Origin: Tubulanus polymorphus
Taxonomy: Eukaryota; Animalia; Nemertea
DNA length: 64,000 nucleotides
Reading direction: 5' to 3'
Assembly: GCF_964204645.1 (NCBI RefSeq)
Contig: NC_134028.1
Span: forward strand, 19,227,653-19,291,652
Both the position numbers and the translations under genes were made by a program. Shown one piece after another: positions 29,361-41,994 of the stretch; position 1 is the first letter of the stretch, and each line of letters starts with the position of its first letter. Under the pieces are notes generated by a model. The model made no database searches. It was not told where the DNA came from and saw only the letters and a list, made by a program, of their open reading frames with translations.

Positions 29361-29393
29361 AGAGCGAGAGATTTTGCCGTACACAAGCACAGT

Positions 29394-32300
29394 TCATTGT
29401 AACTGGCTACCAAATTCGGATCTCAGCAAGGTCCAATGATTGTCTTCTAATTGGTGTCGGACATCTACCGGAATTGTTATGTATTCATATGTAAAATATG
29501 GGAAACGTCGCAAGATACAGCTCACAGAGGGGTGATAGTATCGCTTTGTTTCTCGCTTCGATGGTTCCTTTTTGCTCCAATCATTGTTGATAGGGAAGAA
29601 GTATCTCTCCATATGTGAAAAAAACAATATTGTATGGAGCAGGAGGATTAATTTTACAAAATTCAACACTGCAAGTCTTGCAGATTTTTGCATTCGTTGA
29701 TAAGAACTCTAAATAAAATTTATTGTTATTATGATGCAATTCTGTGAATGGATTCACCGACGAATGCGGTAAAGAAGCTTCCTGTCGCGTGGGACTCTCT
29801 TTACGGGAACGATAGCCATATTTATTTCTAGACCCTTTTTTCCCTGCTACAATCAAATTAACATTGGATTCAGCCAACACAGACTTCCGTTTTGTTCCCT
29901 TTTTTCGGGAAATAAAAGACAGATGCATTTCTAAAATCTCGCATTTCTCTGCAACAGCCAAGCTATGTTTGCATACTTGATCATACCTATAGCTTGCACA
30001 TTTACAGGATACATGATCTTTATACAGAACACACAGGAACTTTCCGCCCTTTCCGACATGAGAAGCCACTTCGTATTTATTGGAATTTCCTGGGTTTGTA
30101 CAAACTTGCTGACCGATTGACAGTGGCTGATTTAATAGTCTATGGACTTCTTTTTCAATCAAATTTGCAGATTCTTCGGAGTATTTCAACTTGTGATGTA
30201 AATATTGTGCTAGGTTAATGGTCAATTCTTGGTATTCTTGAGGGCCGCTATCGGTTGCTGAATCAAGAGACAGTTTTACTTTCTTTAACATATCTTCATA
30301 TTTCATTTGACGTACACTGACAACATATGCATCTCTCTCTTCTTCTGTCAAATCAAACCAAATGTCAGGTGTTAACTGATGATGTTTAACAATATCTGCT
30401 AATTCGTACTGGTCACCGAGGCCAGCGACTGCTAGTTTGACTTCTTTTGTTTGGTCACAGATGATTCGATCGAATACTTTGGTTGTAAATTCTAATTTTG
30501 TAAGATGTTTTTCTTTCGTGCTGACATAATTTTTTTTTGCCCATGACATTTTATTATTCATTGATTCCGATGCATTAGCATTAGCATTAGCATCTCATTG
30601 GTTTTCCACGTTCATCTTTAGGCATGTTAGCAGCGCTCCTTGCATCGGCAAGCATACTGTTGGCAATCATTTCAGTATGATCATTTAGATATTGCCAGAA
30701 TTTCGCCACGTATCCATTAGGTTTATCCTTTGATTCCAAGCATTAGCATCTCATTGGTTTTCCACGTTCATCTTTAGGCATGTTAGCAGCGCTCCTTGCA
30801 TCGGCAAGCATACTGTTGGCAATCATTTCAGTATGGTCATTTAGATATTGCCAGAATTTCGCCACGTATCCATTAGGTTTATCCTTTGATTCCAAACCTT
30901 CGAACACATTCTTGACTGCATTCAGTCGGTTTATGAACTCGTCTTCATTATAAGCATCAAGGAGGCCTTCTTTTCTCCCTTTGACTCCAAATATTTCAAC
31001 GAGGAACGGGCTCTGAGATTTAGAATCTCTTATCTCTAGCTGTGAAAGCTTATCCTTACAGTTGGTTTGAAAGTGGCGAAAACATCTGAGTGACCGAGCA
31101 TTTGGTATATCTGAGGTAAATGCATCGATAATTGCTTTCTCACCATCTGTTACTAAACCGCGAGCTTCTTTCAACCCAGGACTGTTTGACACACAGACGG
31201 ATGAGAACACTTTGAATGTGGCAATGTTTTTGTAGTGATGAATCATTGTTGGACCCAAAAAGACAGGATTTTCTCCGGTCCTTTTCGACTTGAAATATGG
31301 GTGATGGTAAACAAGTGGTGTCACCTCAAACTTTCCCATTTTGAACGTTGGGTCAACGCTGACTGGGTAACCCACTTGACTAAACTTGGATACTTCGTCA
31401 CATATGTTCTTTGTCCCAAGTATCCAAACATCGGAAGGGATATCGGCATGATGGAGAATATTTGCCTTATCATTATGGTGAGCATAGATCAGCAAATCAT
31501 CAGTTTCGTCAATCGGTGTTTTGTTACGTTGTATATAGTCTTCTATTTGTTTACGGTCCCTAGCATTCTGCTCTGGGCAACGACCTTCACTTTGTTCTAT
31601 CTCCATCGCTTGCAATATTCCCGATACTGATGCAGATTTCGAAGATGCCTTTTCTTGTATCGATTGTTTTACTGATTGTGCTGTTGGGTAAAAAGGCTTG
31701 GAACCTTTTTTGCTATTGCCATGAGGTAAAACATCAAGGTTTGTTATAGCCTTCGATGTAGTATACTGTATTAAACACACATCGTTAACGATTCTCTCCT
31801 CATTGTCGGTTACATGGAAAATTGACCGTTGGAGAGAATCATTAGCTTTATTTCCTCTACTGTCAATATGCAGATGATAGTGCGTGTTGGATACTAATGG
31901 TTCCTTTTTTCTGGCAACCACAATACATTCGTCTTCTTCGTATTTGATCGTCCACACCCACAACGCAGAACTCTTGAATATACACCATTCATATCGGACT
32001 TGACATCCCTGATGTGATTAAATGCACTCAAATCAATTACAAATGATGCATTTGCACGTACTTTTAGGGGCTGTTTCTTACATGTTAATTCCTGCGTAGA
32101 CATCAGTATGTTGACTGCCTGTGATGTGGTGTAACGTTCATTTTTCAATTGATGAATAGGCAATTCCTGATCACCGTTCCAAAATTGCTTTGAAATCATC
32201 GAATTTCCAGGAGTACTGGAATCAGCAATACTGCAATCACCAGCATCATCGATCTCGTTATCATCACTGTTGGTTTGACCGTCACTGCTGCTTATTACAG

Positions 32301-33362
32301 TGAAAGTATCAGCAGACCCATCAGATATCTGACCATTAGACTCAATTTCATGAATAGACTGGTGGTTACTGTCCGAAGCCAGTGTGTCGCAACCAGAATT
32401 CTCTTCAAAACAAGGGGGTTGATGTTGACCTTTCTGGGTACCAACGGAAATTCTCAAGAGAGAGAATGGCGTTTCTTCATCACGAGTTAGCCTCAATCTA
32501 CAGGCTATCCATTCGTAAAGGTCTTGACTGGACGGGAAAATCTTTAAGAGACCATTTCCATTTCCCCCAAGAAGTTTTCCAATCGGATGGGTATCAAGTA
32601 TAAAATACTCTTCTGAAAAATTTCCAAGCAGAAAGACATAGCTTTTTGCGGTCAATATGCCAATGAAATTGTCTTCGAGAGCATTTTTCATCAAATTCAA
32701 TCCATCGATGGCACTAAGTTTTATGTTATCAATTACCTCCTCCAAAAACTCTTCTTTTTCTGGGATAAGTTGAAGTTTTTTTAGGATGTCAATAACTTCA
32801 ACCGAATCGTACATTTTAGTGACATCTCTGGAACTATTGATAACATATGGAAGATTAGTTATTGTATCCTCGGCTACTTTTACCATATCGTTCCAAGATC
32901 TATGTTCATGCCTAAACAAATGCGCTAGATAGATGCATAGAAATGCGAACGCATTGGTGCCATCATTTTCACACTGTGAATTAATCTCAAGTCCGATATT
33001 GGCATCACCCTTTTCTACAGCTGAACCCTGACTGACACAGTGGATAGTTTCCGTCGATTGTGAACAAAGTACATTGAGGCTCATCAGTTGTTGGTCAATC
33101 CGATGGACGTGTGAAATGAGTGCACTTCTTGAAAATAGTGCAGATATCTTCCCAGACAGTGACATGCTTTTGATGGAATTTTCTTGAAAAAGAAGGTTTT
33201 TTCTTATTTTTCAACATTTCTTTAATGAATTTTTTTGCGTCTATTTCACCCTTAATTTAAACGAAGTACGGGGCCAGTAAGTCAGGATTTACTACATTGT
33301 AGATTGTCATCCCCAATGCCCAGATATCCGCCAACAGCAAATCATTCAGAGATAGACAAACA
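29394..33362 (-). pseudogene. decayed Mutator-like (MULE) transposase polyprotein: kinase C-lobe, peptidase-like domain, DDE core, SWIM finger, C-terminal Zn finger
   Basis: Overlapping ORFs 31894-33165, 30743-31963, 29581-30561 and 29394-29693 join by frameshifts. MULE motifs: VDPTF (D1), VTDGE (D2), RCFRH (CxxH), NASESMN (E). SWIM finger CKCASYRYDQVCKH. Upstream kinase motifs ADIWALG (IX) and CTHFTRPSD*PT (XI). Confidence 0.8.
30584..30895. repeat. 156-bp tandem duplication inside the MULE transposase
   Basis: GCATTAGCATCTCATTGG...TGATTCCAA at 30584 and 30740, nearly identical. Confidence 0.9.
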
Positions 33363-36300
33363 TTCGCGGGCGATAAAACCAAAATATTGAATTGTCGCGG
33401 GCGATTAAACCAAAATAATGAATTGTCGGGGGCAACAAAACCAAAAAAAAAATTGTCGCGGGCGACAAAACCAAAATAATGAATTGTCGCTGGAGATAAA
33501 ACCAAAGTAATGGATTGTCGTGGGCGATAAAACCAAAATATTGAATTGTCGCGGGCGACAAAACCAAAATATTGAATTGTCGCGGGCGACAAAACCAAAC
33601 TAATGAATTGTTGCGGGCGACAAAACCAAAAAAAGAATTTTTTGTCACCCGCGACAAAAAAATGAATTGTCGCGGGCGACAAAACCAAAATGGTGAATTG
33701 TCGCGGGCGACAAAACCAAAATAATGAATTGTCGCGGGCGATAAAACCGTAATAATGAATTGTCGCGGGCGATAAAACCAAAATTATGAATTGTCTCGGG
33801 CGACAAAACCAAAACAATGAATTATCGCAGGCGATAAAACCAAAATATTGAATTGTCGCGGGCAACAAAACCAAAAAAGAAATTGTCGCGGGCGACAAAA
33901 ACAAAATATGAAACCAAAATAATGAATTGTCGCGGGCGATAAAACCAAAATAATGAATTATCGCGGGCGACAAAAACAAAATATAAAACTAAAATAATGA
34001 ATTGTCGCGGGCGATAAAACCAAAATAATGAATTGTCTCGGACGACAAAACCAAAATAATGAATTATCGCGGGCGATAAAACCAAAATATTGAATTGTCG
34101 CGGGCGACAAAACCCAAAAAAAAATTGTCGCGGGTTACAAAAACAAAATATAAAACCAAAATAATGAATTGTCGCTGGCGATAAAACCAAAGTAATGAAT
34201 TGTCGCGGGCGATAAAACCAAAATAATGAATTGTCTCGGGCGACAAAAAAAAAATATTGAATTGTCACGTGCGACGAAACCAAAATAATGAATTGTCGCG
34301 GGCGACAAAACCAAAATAATGAATTGTTGCGGGCGATAAAACCAAAATAATGAATTGTCTCGTGCGACAAAACCAAAATAATGAATTATCGCGGGCGATA
34401 AAACCAAAATATTGAATTGTCGCAGGCGATAAAACCAAAATATTGAATTGTCGCGGGCGACAAAACCACAAAAAAAATTGTCGCGGGCGACAAAAACAAA
34501 ATATAAAACCAAAATGATGAATTGTCGCGGGCGACAAAACTAAAAAGGATTGTCGCGAGTGACAAAACCAAAATAATGAATTGTCGCTGGCGATAAAACC
34601 AAAGTAATGAATTGTCGTAGGCGATAAAACCAAAATATTGAATTTTTCACGGGCGACAAAACCAAAATATTGAATTGTCGCGGGCGATAAAACCAAAATA
34701 ATGAATTGTCTTGGGCGACAAAACCACAAAAAAAATTGTCGCGGGCGACAAAAACAAAATATAAAACCAAAATAATGAATTGTCGCGGGCGACAAAACTA
34801 AAAAGGATTGTCGCGAGTGACAAAACCAAAATAATGAATTGTCGCTGGCGATAAAACCAAAGTAATGAATTGTCGTAGGCGATAAAACCAAAATATTGAA
34901 TTTTTCACGGGCGACAAAACCAAAATATTGAATTGTCGCGGGCGATAAAACCAAAATAATGAATTGTCTTGGGCGACAAAACCAAAATAATGAATTATCG
35001 CGGGCGACAAAACCAAAATATTGAATTGTTGCGGGCAACAAAACCAAAAAAAAAATTGTCGCGGACGACAAAAACAAAATATTAAAAAAAATTAATGAAT
35101 TGTCTCGGGCGACAAAACCAAAATAATGAATTGTCGCTGGAGATAAAACCAAAGTAACGAATTGTCGCGGGCGATGAAACCAAAATATTGAATTGTCGCG
35201 GGCGACAAAACCAAGTATTAAACTGTCGCGGGCGACAAAACCAAACTAATGAATTGTCGTGGGCGACAAAACCAAAAAAGGAATTGTCGGGGCGACAAAA
35301 CCAAAATAATGAATTGTCGCGGGTGACAAAACCAAAATAATGAATTGTCGCGGGCGATAAAACCAAAATTATGAATTGTCGCGGGCGACAAAACCAAAAT
35401 GGTGGATTGTCGCGGACAACAAAACCAAAAGAAGAATTGTCACGGGCGACAAAACCAAAATAATGAATTGTCGCTGTTGATGAAACCAAAGTAATGAATT
35501 GTCGCGGGTGACAAAACCAAAATATTGAATTGTCGCGGGAGACAAAACCAAACTATTGAATTGTCGCGGGCGACAAAACCACAATAATGAATTGTCGCTG
35601 GAGATAAAACCAAAGAAACGAATTGTCGCGGGCGATAAAACCAAAATATTGAATTGTCGCGGGCGACAAAACCAAAATATTAAACTGTCGCGGGCGACAA
35701 AACCAAACTAATGAATTGTCGCGGGCGACAAAACCAAAAAAGGAATTGTCGGGGCGACAAAACCAAAATAATGAATTGTCGCGGGTGACAAAACCAAAAT
35801 AATGAATTGTCGCGGGCGATAAAACCAAAATTATGAATTGTCGCGGGCGACAAAACCAAAATGGTGGATTGTCGCGGACAACAAAACCAAAAGAAGAATT
35901 GTCACGGGCGACAAAACCAAAATAATGAATTGTCGCTGTTGATGAAACCAAAGTAATGAATTGTCGCGGGTGATAAAACCAAAATATTGAATTGTCGCGG
36001 GAGACAAAACCAAACTATTGAATTGTCGCGGGCGACAAAACCACAATAATGAATTGTCGCTGGAGATAAAACCAAAGAAACGAATTGTCGCGGGCGATAA
36101 AACCAAAATATTGAATTGTCGCGGGCGACAAAAACCAAACTAATGAATTTTCGCGGGTGATAAAACGAAAATATTGAATTGTCACGGGCGACAAAACCAA
36201 ACTAATGAATTGTCGGGGGCGATAAAACCAAACTATGAATTGTCGCGGGTGACAAAACCAAAATACTGATTTGTCGCGGGTGACAAAACCAAATTAATGA

Positions 36301-36750
36301 ATTGTCGCGGACGATAAAACCAAAATATTTAATTGTCGCGGGCGATAAAACCAAAATCTTGAATTGTCGCGGGCGACAAAACCAAAATATTGAATTGTCG
36401 CGGGCGACAAAACCAAACTAATTAATTGTTGCGGGCGATAAAACCAAAATAATGAATTGTCGCGGGCGATAAAACCGCGACAAAAAAAAAATTGTCGCGG
36501 GCGATAAAACCAAAATAATGAATTGTCGCGTGCGACAAAACCAAAATAATGAATTGTCGCGGGCGATAAAACCAAAATAATGAATTGTCGCGGGCGATAA
36601 AACCAAAATATTGAATTGTCGTGGGCGACAAAACCAAAATATTGATTTGTCGCGGGTGACAAAACCAAATTAATGAATTGTCGCGGGCGATAAAATCAAA
36701 ATAATGAGTTGTCGCGGGCGATAAAACCGAAATAATGTTTTGTCGCGTTA
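33363..36750. repeat. ~31-bp minisatellite, ~105-110 units, palindromic core TTGTCGCGGGCGACAA
   Basis: Consensus TTGTCGCGGGCGA(C/T)AAAACCAAAATAATGAA. Higher-order repeats of ~258 bp and ~462 bp are visible as duplicated peptides in the ORF track. Confidence 0.96.
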
Positions 36751-36855
36751 TTTTAGTTTTGTAGTTTTGTCATAATGTCGCCCTCATTTGCATATACGTG
36801 TTTTTTTTACGCATGGCCCTTATCAGCCACCATACTAAAGCCTTAAGGTCGCGTA

Positions 36856-37197
36856 AAACTCGATAAACACTTCAAGCGACACAGCGAACGATCTCCTTTC
36901 CCCTACAGCGAACGCTTAACCTAGTAGAGGCTACTAGCCTATGTAGGCCTATGTATATGCGTAGGCCTAACATCCGGACAGATTGGTCGTAGGCCTATTG
37001 AATTTAACAACCCACCTAAATATCGTAAATTTTGTTTTGAAGTTCAATCCAATGAGTCCGTTAATAAACGCAACAATTATACTGTGTTTGTTTGAGACAG
37101 TAAAGCTCAGTACCGGTAGGCCTAAAGCCGCGTCAAACTCGATAAACACTTCAAGCGACACAGCGAACGATCCCTTTCCCCCACAGCGAACGCTTAC
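36856..37197. repeat. dispersed ~60-bp direct repeat
   Basis: AAACTCGATAAACACTTCAAGCGACACAGCGAACGATC...ACAGCGAACGCTTA near 36856 and 37136. Confidence 0.8.
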
Positions 37198-38076
37198 TCC
37201 GAATGTCAAGTGTGAGTCCAGCATACGGAAAGGATTGTGTTATATACTTGTATTTAGTAAATACCTTGTGCATTTGACAATAATCGGTATGTATTGTAGG
37301 AAATATAGAGTATTGATGGTATTGATATAGAGGTTGAAGCCCGCGGCCGAATAAAGTAATATATTCTTTTATTTTGATACCACGTCGACATAACAGCTTT
37401 TCTCCGCTATATCTCTTCGGCGTGTTTAGTTTAGGCCTACGATTCCTCGGTACACTAAAGATTTATCTTAGTAAATACACGGTTAATTCGGTGAAGAAAA
37501 ATAGGTATTGTTATACTAACTCCTTGAAACCCGCAGCCAAATCACTGGTAGTAATAAATTAATTTGTACTCGATTTGATTCGCATGATGAGGAGAAACTC
37601 GCAGCTGATCCCCGGAACGACGATGTAGTAACACACGTCGATTCGTCGATGTTTACGGCTCGACAGTGCTTTTAAAATCTAAAGTAGTAAATTTCCAGTG
37701 TATCGGGAATATGATTTGATGAGGAAAATGGGCTATTGTTAAAATCACTGTTTGAAGACCGCGACTGATGAATTTGAAGTCTGCGGCAATAAATTAGTTC
37801 ATTTATACTTGAATTGATAATCGAAGTGACAGTCGGCCTGCGGGTTGATTTCGGGATGACGACTCGAAAAACATGTCGCCCCATTGAATGGGGCAAAATT
37901 TTCGATGTTTACGGCCCGACAGCGCTTTTGTAACGATGATTCGTGAAAAAACACGCGGGCTATTTGTAGATCTCAGTGAGCTGAACGATATTATATGGAT
38001 TGTATATGAAACAGTGGTAAGGTAACAAAGCCTATGTTCTTTTGGTAAAAATAGTGTGGAAGAAAATAATAATAAT

Positions 38077-38350
38077 AATAATCACGCGGATATCAATAGG
38101 GTTTTCTGTGAAATAACAGAAAACCCTAATAATCACGCGGATATCAATAGGGTTTTCTGTGAAATAACAGAAAACCCACAGAAAACCCTAATAATCACGC
38201 GGATATCAATAGGGTTTTCTGTGAAATAACAGAAAACCCTAATAATCACGCGGATATCAATAGGGTTTTCTGTGAAATAACAGAAAACCCTAATAATAAT
38301 CACGCGGATATCAATAGGGTTTTCTGTGAAATAACAGAAAACCCTAATAA
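38077..38350. repeat. 51-bp tandem repeat, 5 copies, each with a 13-bp hairpin
   Basis: Unit AATAATCACGCGGATATCAATAGGGTTTTCTGTGAAATAACAGAAAACCCT. Confidence 0.93.
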
Positions 38351-41300
38351 ATAGGTCATTCGACATCTGCGATTTACGGACGTTTAGCGGGACCTGATGG
38401 TTTTTTTCGTGATTTATGATCTATTTGTATCGTACACCTGTTTTAAGCCATTACGAAATTATCTTAATAGCACAGCCATGCGTAGGCCTGTTGTCATCAT
38501 GGCAAATTCTTTTTTATGCAGAATGAAAAAAAAAACTAACAGTCCAATTTAGAGATATTATTGACCATACTTAAACTAAAGAACTCGACAACTTGTTTCC
38601 CATTTCTGCAGCTCTTAAAAGTTGACTATTATCATGCATTTTGCATTCTATTTTCCCGAGGACAATCGCTTGATAAACTCTCGGATTTTCACATTTTCCT
38701 TCCGATTACTACAGTTGTCTCTTTTCTCCACACATTTTCTTTTGAATCAAGAAACTTAAGCTCATATAACATCATTATGGATTAAATCCTTTAAAACAAG
38801 TATTGTGCCAGATCTAATTTAGAATTTTATGATTTTTGTTTTATATTTGCGATTATAAAACATGCTGGTGCATTCATACTGTCATAAATCTTTGATTCTG
38901 TGGAAATGAATTTGTCTTCAAGGATATATGAGAGACGAAAATACAAATAAAATCACATGTTCATGAAATGGATTATGTCTTTAGATCTCTTTACTTGGAT
39001 GAAAGACTACAAAAATTTTCCCCAAAAATGTATCTAAAATACTTAGAATTAACCTACAATTGTTGTTTATTTCGATAATCAATTTCTAAGTAATCCATCA
39101 CTTTGTCAAGCTGTTCTCTACTTGTTCGTTTATGAATATTGAACCCTTTTATCGCTTGTTAGAATTGATACCTTAACCGAAATTTCATTTCATAGTTATA
39201 CAGTCTGGTTGAAATGATATTACAACTTCTAATATAAGGTCAAAATAATAGTGCATGCTATTATAATCTAATACCCATTACTTACTGAGCGTATGCTAGT
39301 GAGAATAAGCCTAACAATTATCATTATTGATTGAATAAATACTGAAATAAATTCAGTTGAGATGTTCACGTAGTTTTGAAATCAGTTATTCCAATTTGAT
39401 AAAAAAACCCCTCTTCTGGTCTAAGTAAAAGAATGCAAGGCTGAAATTTCAGTTTCACATGCTTTCCTACTTTGTTGAGTAAATTGTTTGTATAGGTTAT
39501 CAAAAACCCAGCAGCAGCTATCAGTCATCAGGTGAATTACACTGGCTAACTAGACAGTGACTGATGAACGAATAAACAAACTGCACTGACCACCAAAAAT
39601 AATGACCTCTTCATAGTAATAAACTTAGCACCTCAAAACTCTATTTGAAGATGCCAATGAAATAAAATGCCAATGAATCGCTGAATTTTAAGGTACTTTA
39701 TCAGTTTTTTTTCCCAATATAACTCATTTTCTCAAATTATCGTAAAATAAAAACTACTTTTATATCAGTGGCACCATATTCTACGACAGAAGTGCATTCA
39801 GAGTAAGAATAACGTTACCAATACGTTAAATTGGAAGTGAATGCAGGCTAGGACCAACAAAGGTGCCGATTTAAGATGCCGATATACATGGAATCTAAAT
39901 GAATCTAAACGACTAAATGACCCGAAGTAGTCGAATAGAACACTAATCCGATAAATGAAGAAATTCCGCAATAAAATTTTATACGATGACATTTAATTAT
40001 CAAAGTTAAACCACAAGAACGTTCGGATTTTCAGTGACTGCCATCTGACTTAAAGCTCAAATCACTGGAATGTCTACATTCCACCTGATAATGGCTGTTA
40101 GTCAACAGTCAAAACGTTGCGGTTTCATCTCAACACATGTCATCATATTAAGAGTTCTATTACGGTATTTCTTCATTCATGACCCCACGGTGAAGATCAC
40201 CAGAGGCCGTTACCGTACTCCAAATGAAATCTTGAATAATATACGAAATTTCTTATTTCTATTAACGGAAGATTTCTTTAGAATGCATTGATAGATCCAC
40301 ATAAATCCATTATAGGTACCGCATTTTTTACTTTAAATCAACGATTCAGCGATATTAATATAAAATCATGGAAGGTTCGAACACTCCAAAATGCACATCT
40401 TAATTTTATGACGCAAAGACATCCAGACCCCCTTTGAAAATAAACCACCATTTCAATAATGAGAGGTTAGCCTGAATTTATGATTACGCTTCTAATTTAA
40501 GAAATTAAATCAAAATATGAATGCAGACATGCTTGTAAATAGCTGCATTTGTTAAAATCGAATTCTTCATTAAACTAATATCACCATCCATAAAAAGAAG
40601 GAAATTTCGATTCATCGTAAAATCCAAAACCAATGACAATTTGTAAACTAATTTACTCCAATCTCGATTTTTATTTGTTAGACTATCTTCAGAGCTTAAC
40701 TGAGTCACTCAAAATACAACTATACCCCAAACTATAGCGTGAGAATAGAATTTTCCACTAGTTTCTCAGTGTGTCCATGTTGTCACGTATCACCGCAAAT
40801 CTTAAGTGGCTACTAAGTAAAAGTAGACGTTTAGGCTCAAATGTGCGATAGACATGTTCTTGGTTTCAGGGAACAATACATAGATATGGGGCCAGGCCCT
40901 CGTCCACTTTTCTGTAAAACCGTTATTGTCGTATTTCTGCATAGCGTTACATTCTGAAATTCTTCAACAGTTCGTGGGCTTAAGATTTTAACCTTCATTT
41001 TATACATTAGATATTCTTAGCCTCCTTGCATCTATTGTAATCGTTATTATCCTTTTTACATAAAACATGCCTGAAATTGTGAGCATATACCATTCCTAAT
41101 TTCAACTAAGAAAGTGCTCAGAAAGCACCTAAATGCATCTAATTCTTCAAAGACCACACCCCTTTTGTGCCTTATTCACCTGTGGCCCTTCTCCAAAAGC
41201 TAGATTCTCGAACATTTATCTAAATTACTCAATGGCATTTATTTCAAGTCTGCCCCCCGCGATCATGCCACTCTCCAAAAGCATCTACTTTTCAGTTTGG

Positions 41301-41994
41301 ATTCGCTTGCCAGATTCCCTGTTATAAATAGCGACATGTGCTTCAGATTTGCAGTGATACGTGACAATATAAACAGTGTATAAACAGTAGTGCAAAATGT
41401 TTGCATACACTATAGTTTTCAGGGCAGTTAAAATCTAAAGATTCTGAATATGCTCCTTGAGGATGTGAAATATATGAGCGATAAAACTCTAACCGATAAC
41501 CATCGAGCTAAATCTGTTTGTATAATGTGATAAGTTTTGAAGTTTTAAGATTAATCGAAATTGCCTTTATTTCATTGCAATAATTTAATGAAAATTCAAT
41601 TGGAAGAAATGCAGCTTTTTCAAGTATAGGTCAACATTATTTTTGATTATTTTTGTCATCAAAATGTTTTACATTCGGAAAAATCCTCCAGTAAATATCC
41701 CCCCCCCCCCGGTAAAAATCTTCTCTAGGCAAATATCCCCCTTGCTAACAGCAAAATTTAATAAAATACTTCAATATTCTGATTTTGAAAAGCTTAAATC
41801 GTTTCAAAAATTTCAAATTTTCCGTGTTGTTTTTCCCAATATTCATCTTGAATAATCTGTGACTTTTACTAAGCTGCGTACATATAAGATGACATAATTC
41901 GAGACTTTCAGCAAGCAACATATGCATAAAAATGATGATATTATCGGACGTAAGATAAAAACCCACTATTTAAAAATTAAAAGAAATCTAAAAT

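Noticed and set aside
33346-36668. Many minus-strand ORFs (VLSPATIHYFGF...)
   Set aside because: These are translations of the minisatellite in all three frames. Only the last ~35 codons of 33257-33979 (kinase motif) are meaningful.
33363-36750. CRISPR-like look (palindromic repeat with short intervening sequence)
   Set aside because: The intervening sequences are near-identical ~15-nt AT-rich strings, not unique spacers. No cas genes, and the context is eukaryotic.
38133-38366. ORF with repeated IRVFCYFTENPID
   Set aside because: Translation of the 51-bp non-coding repeat.
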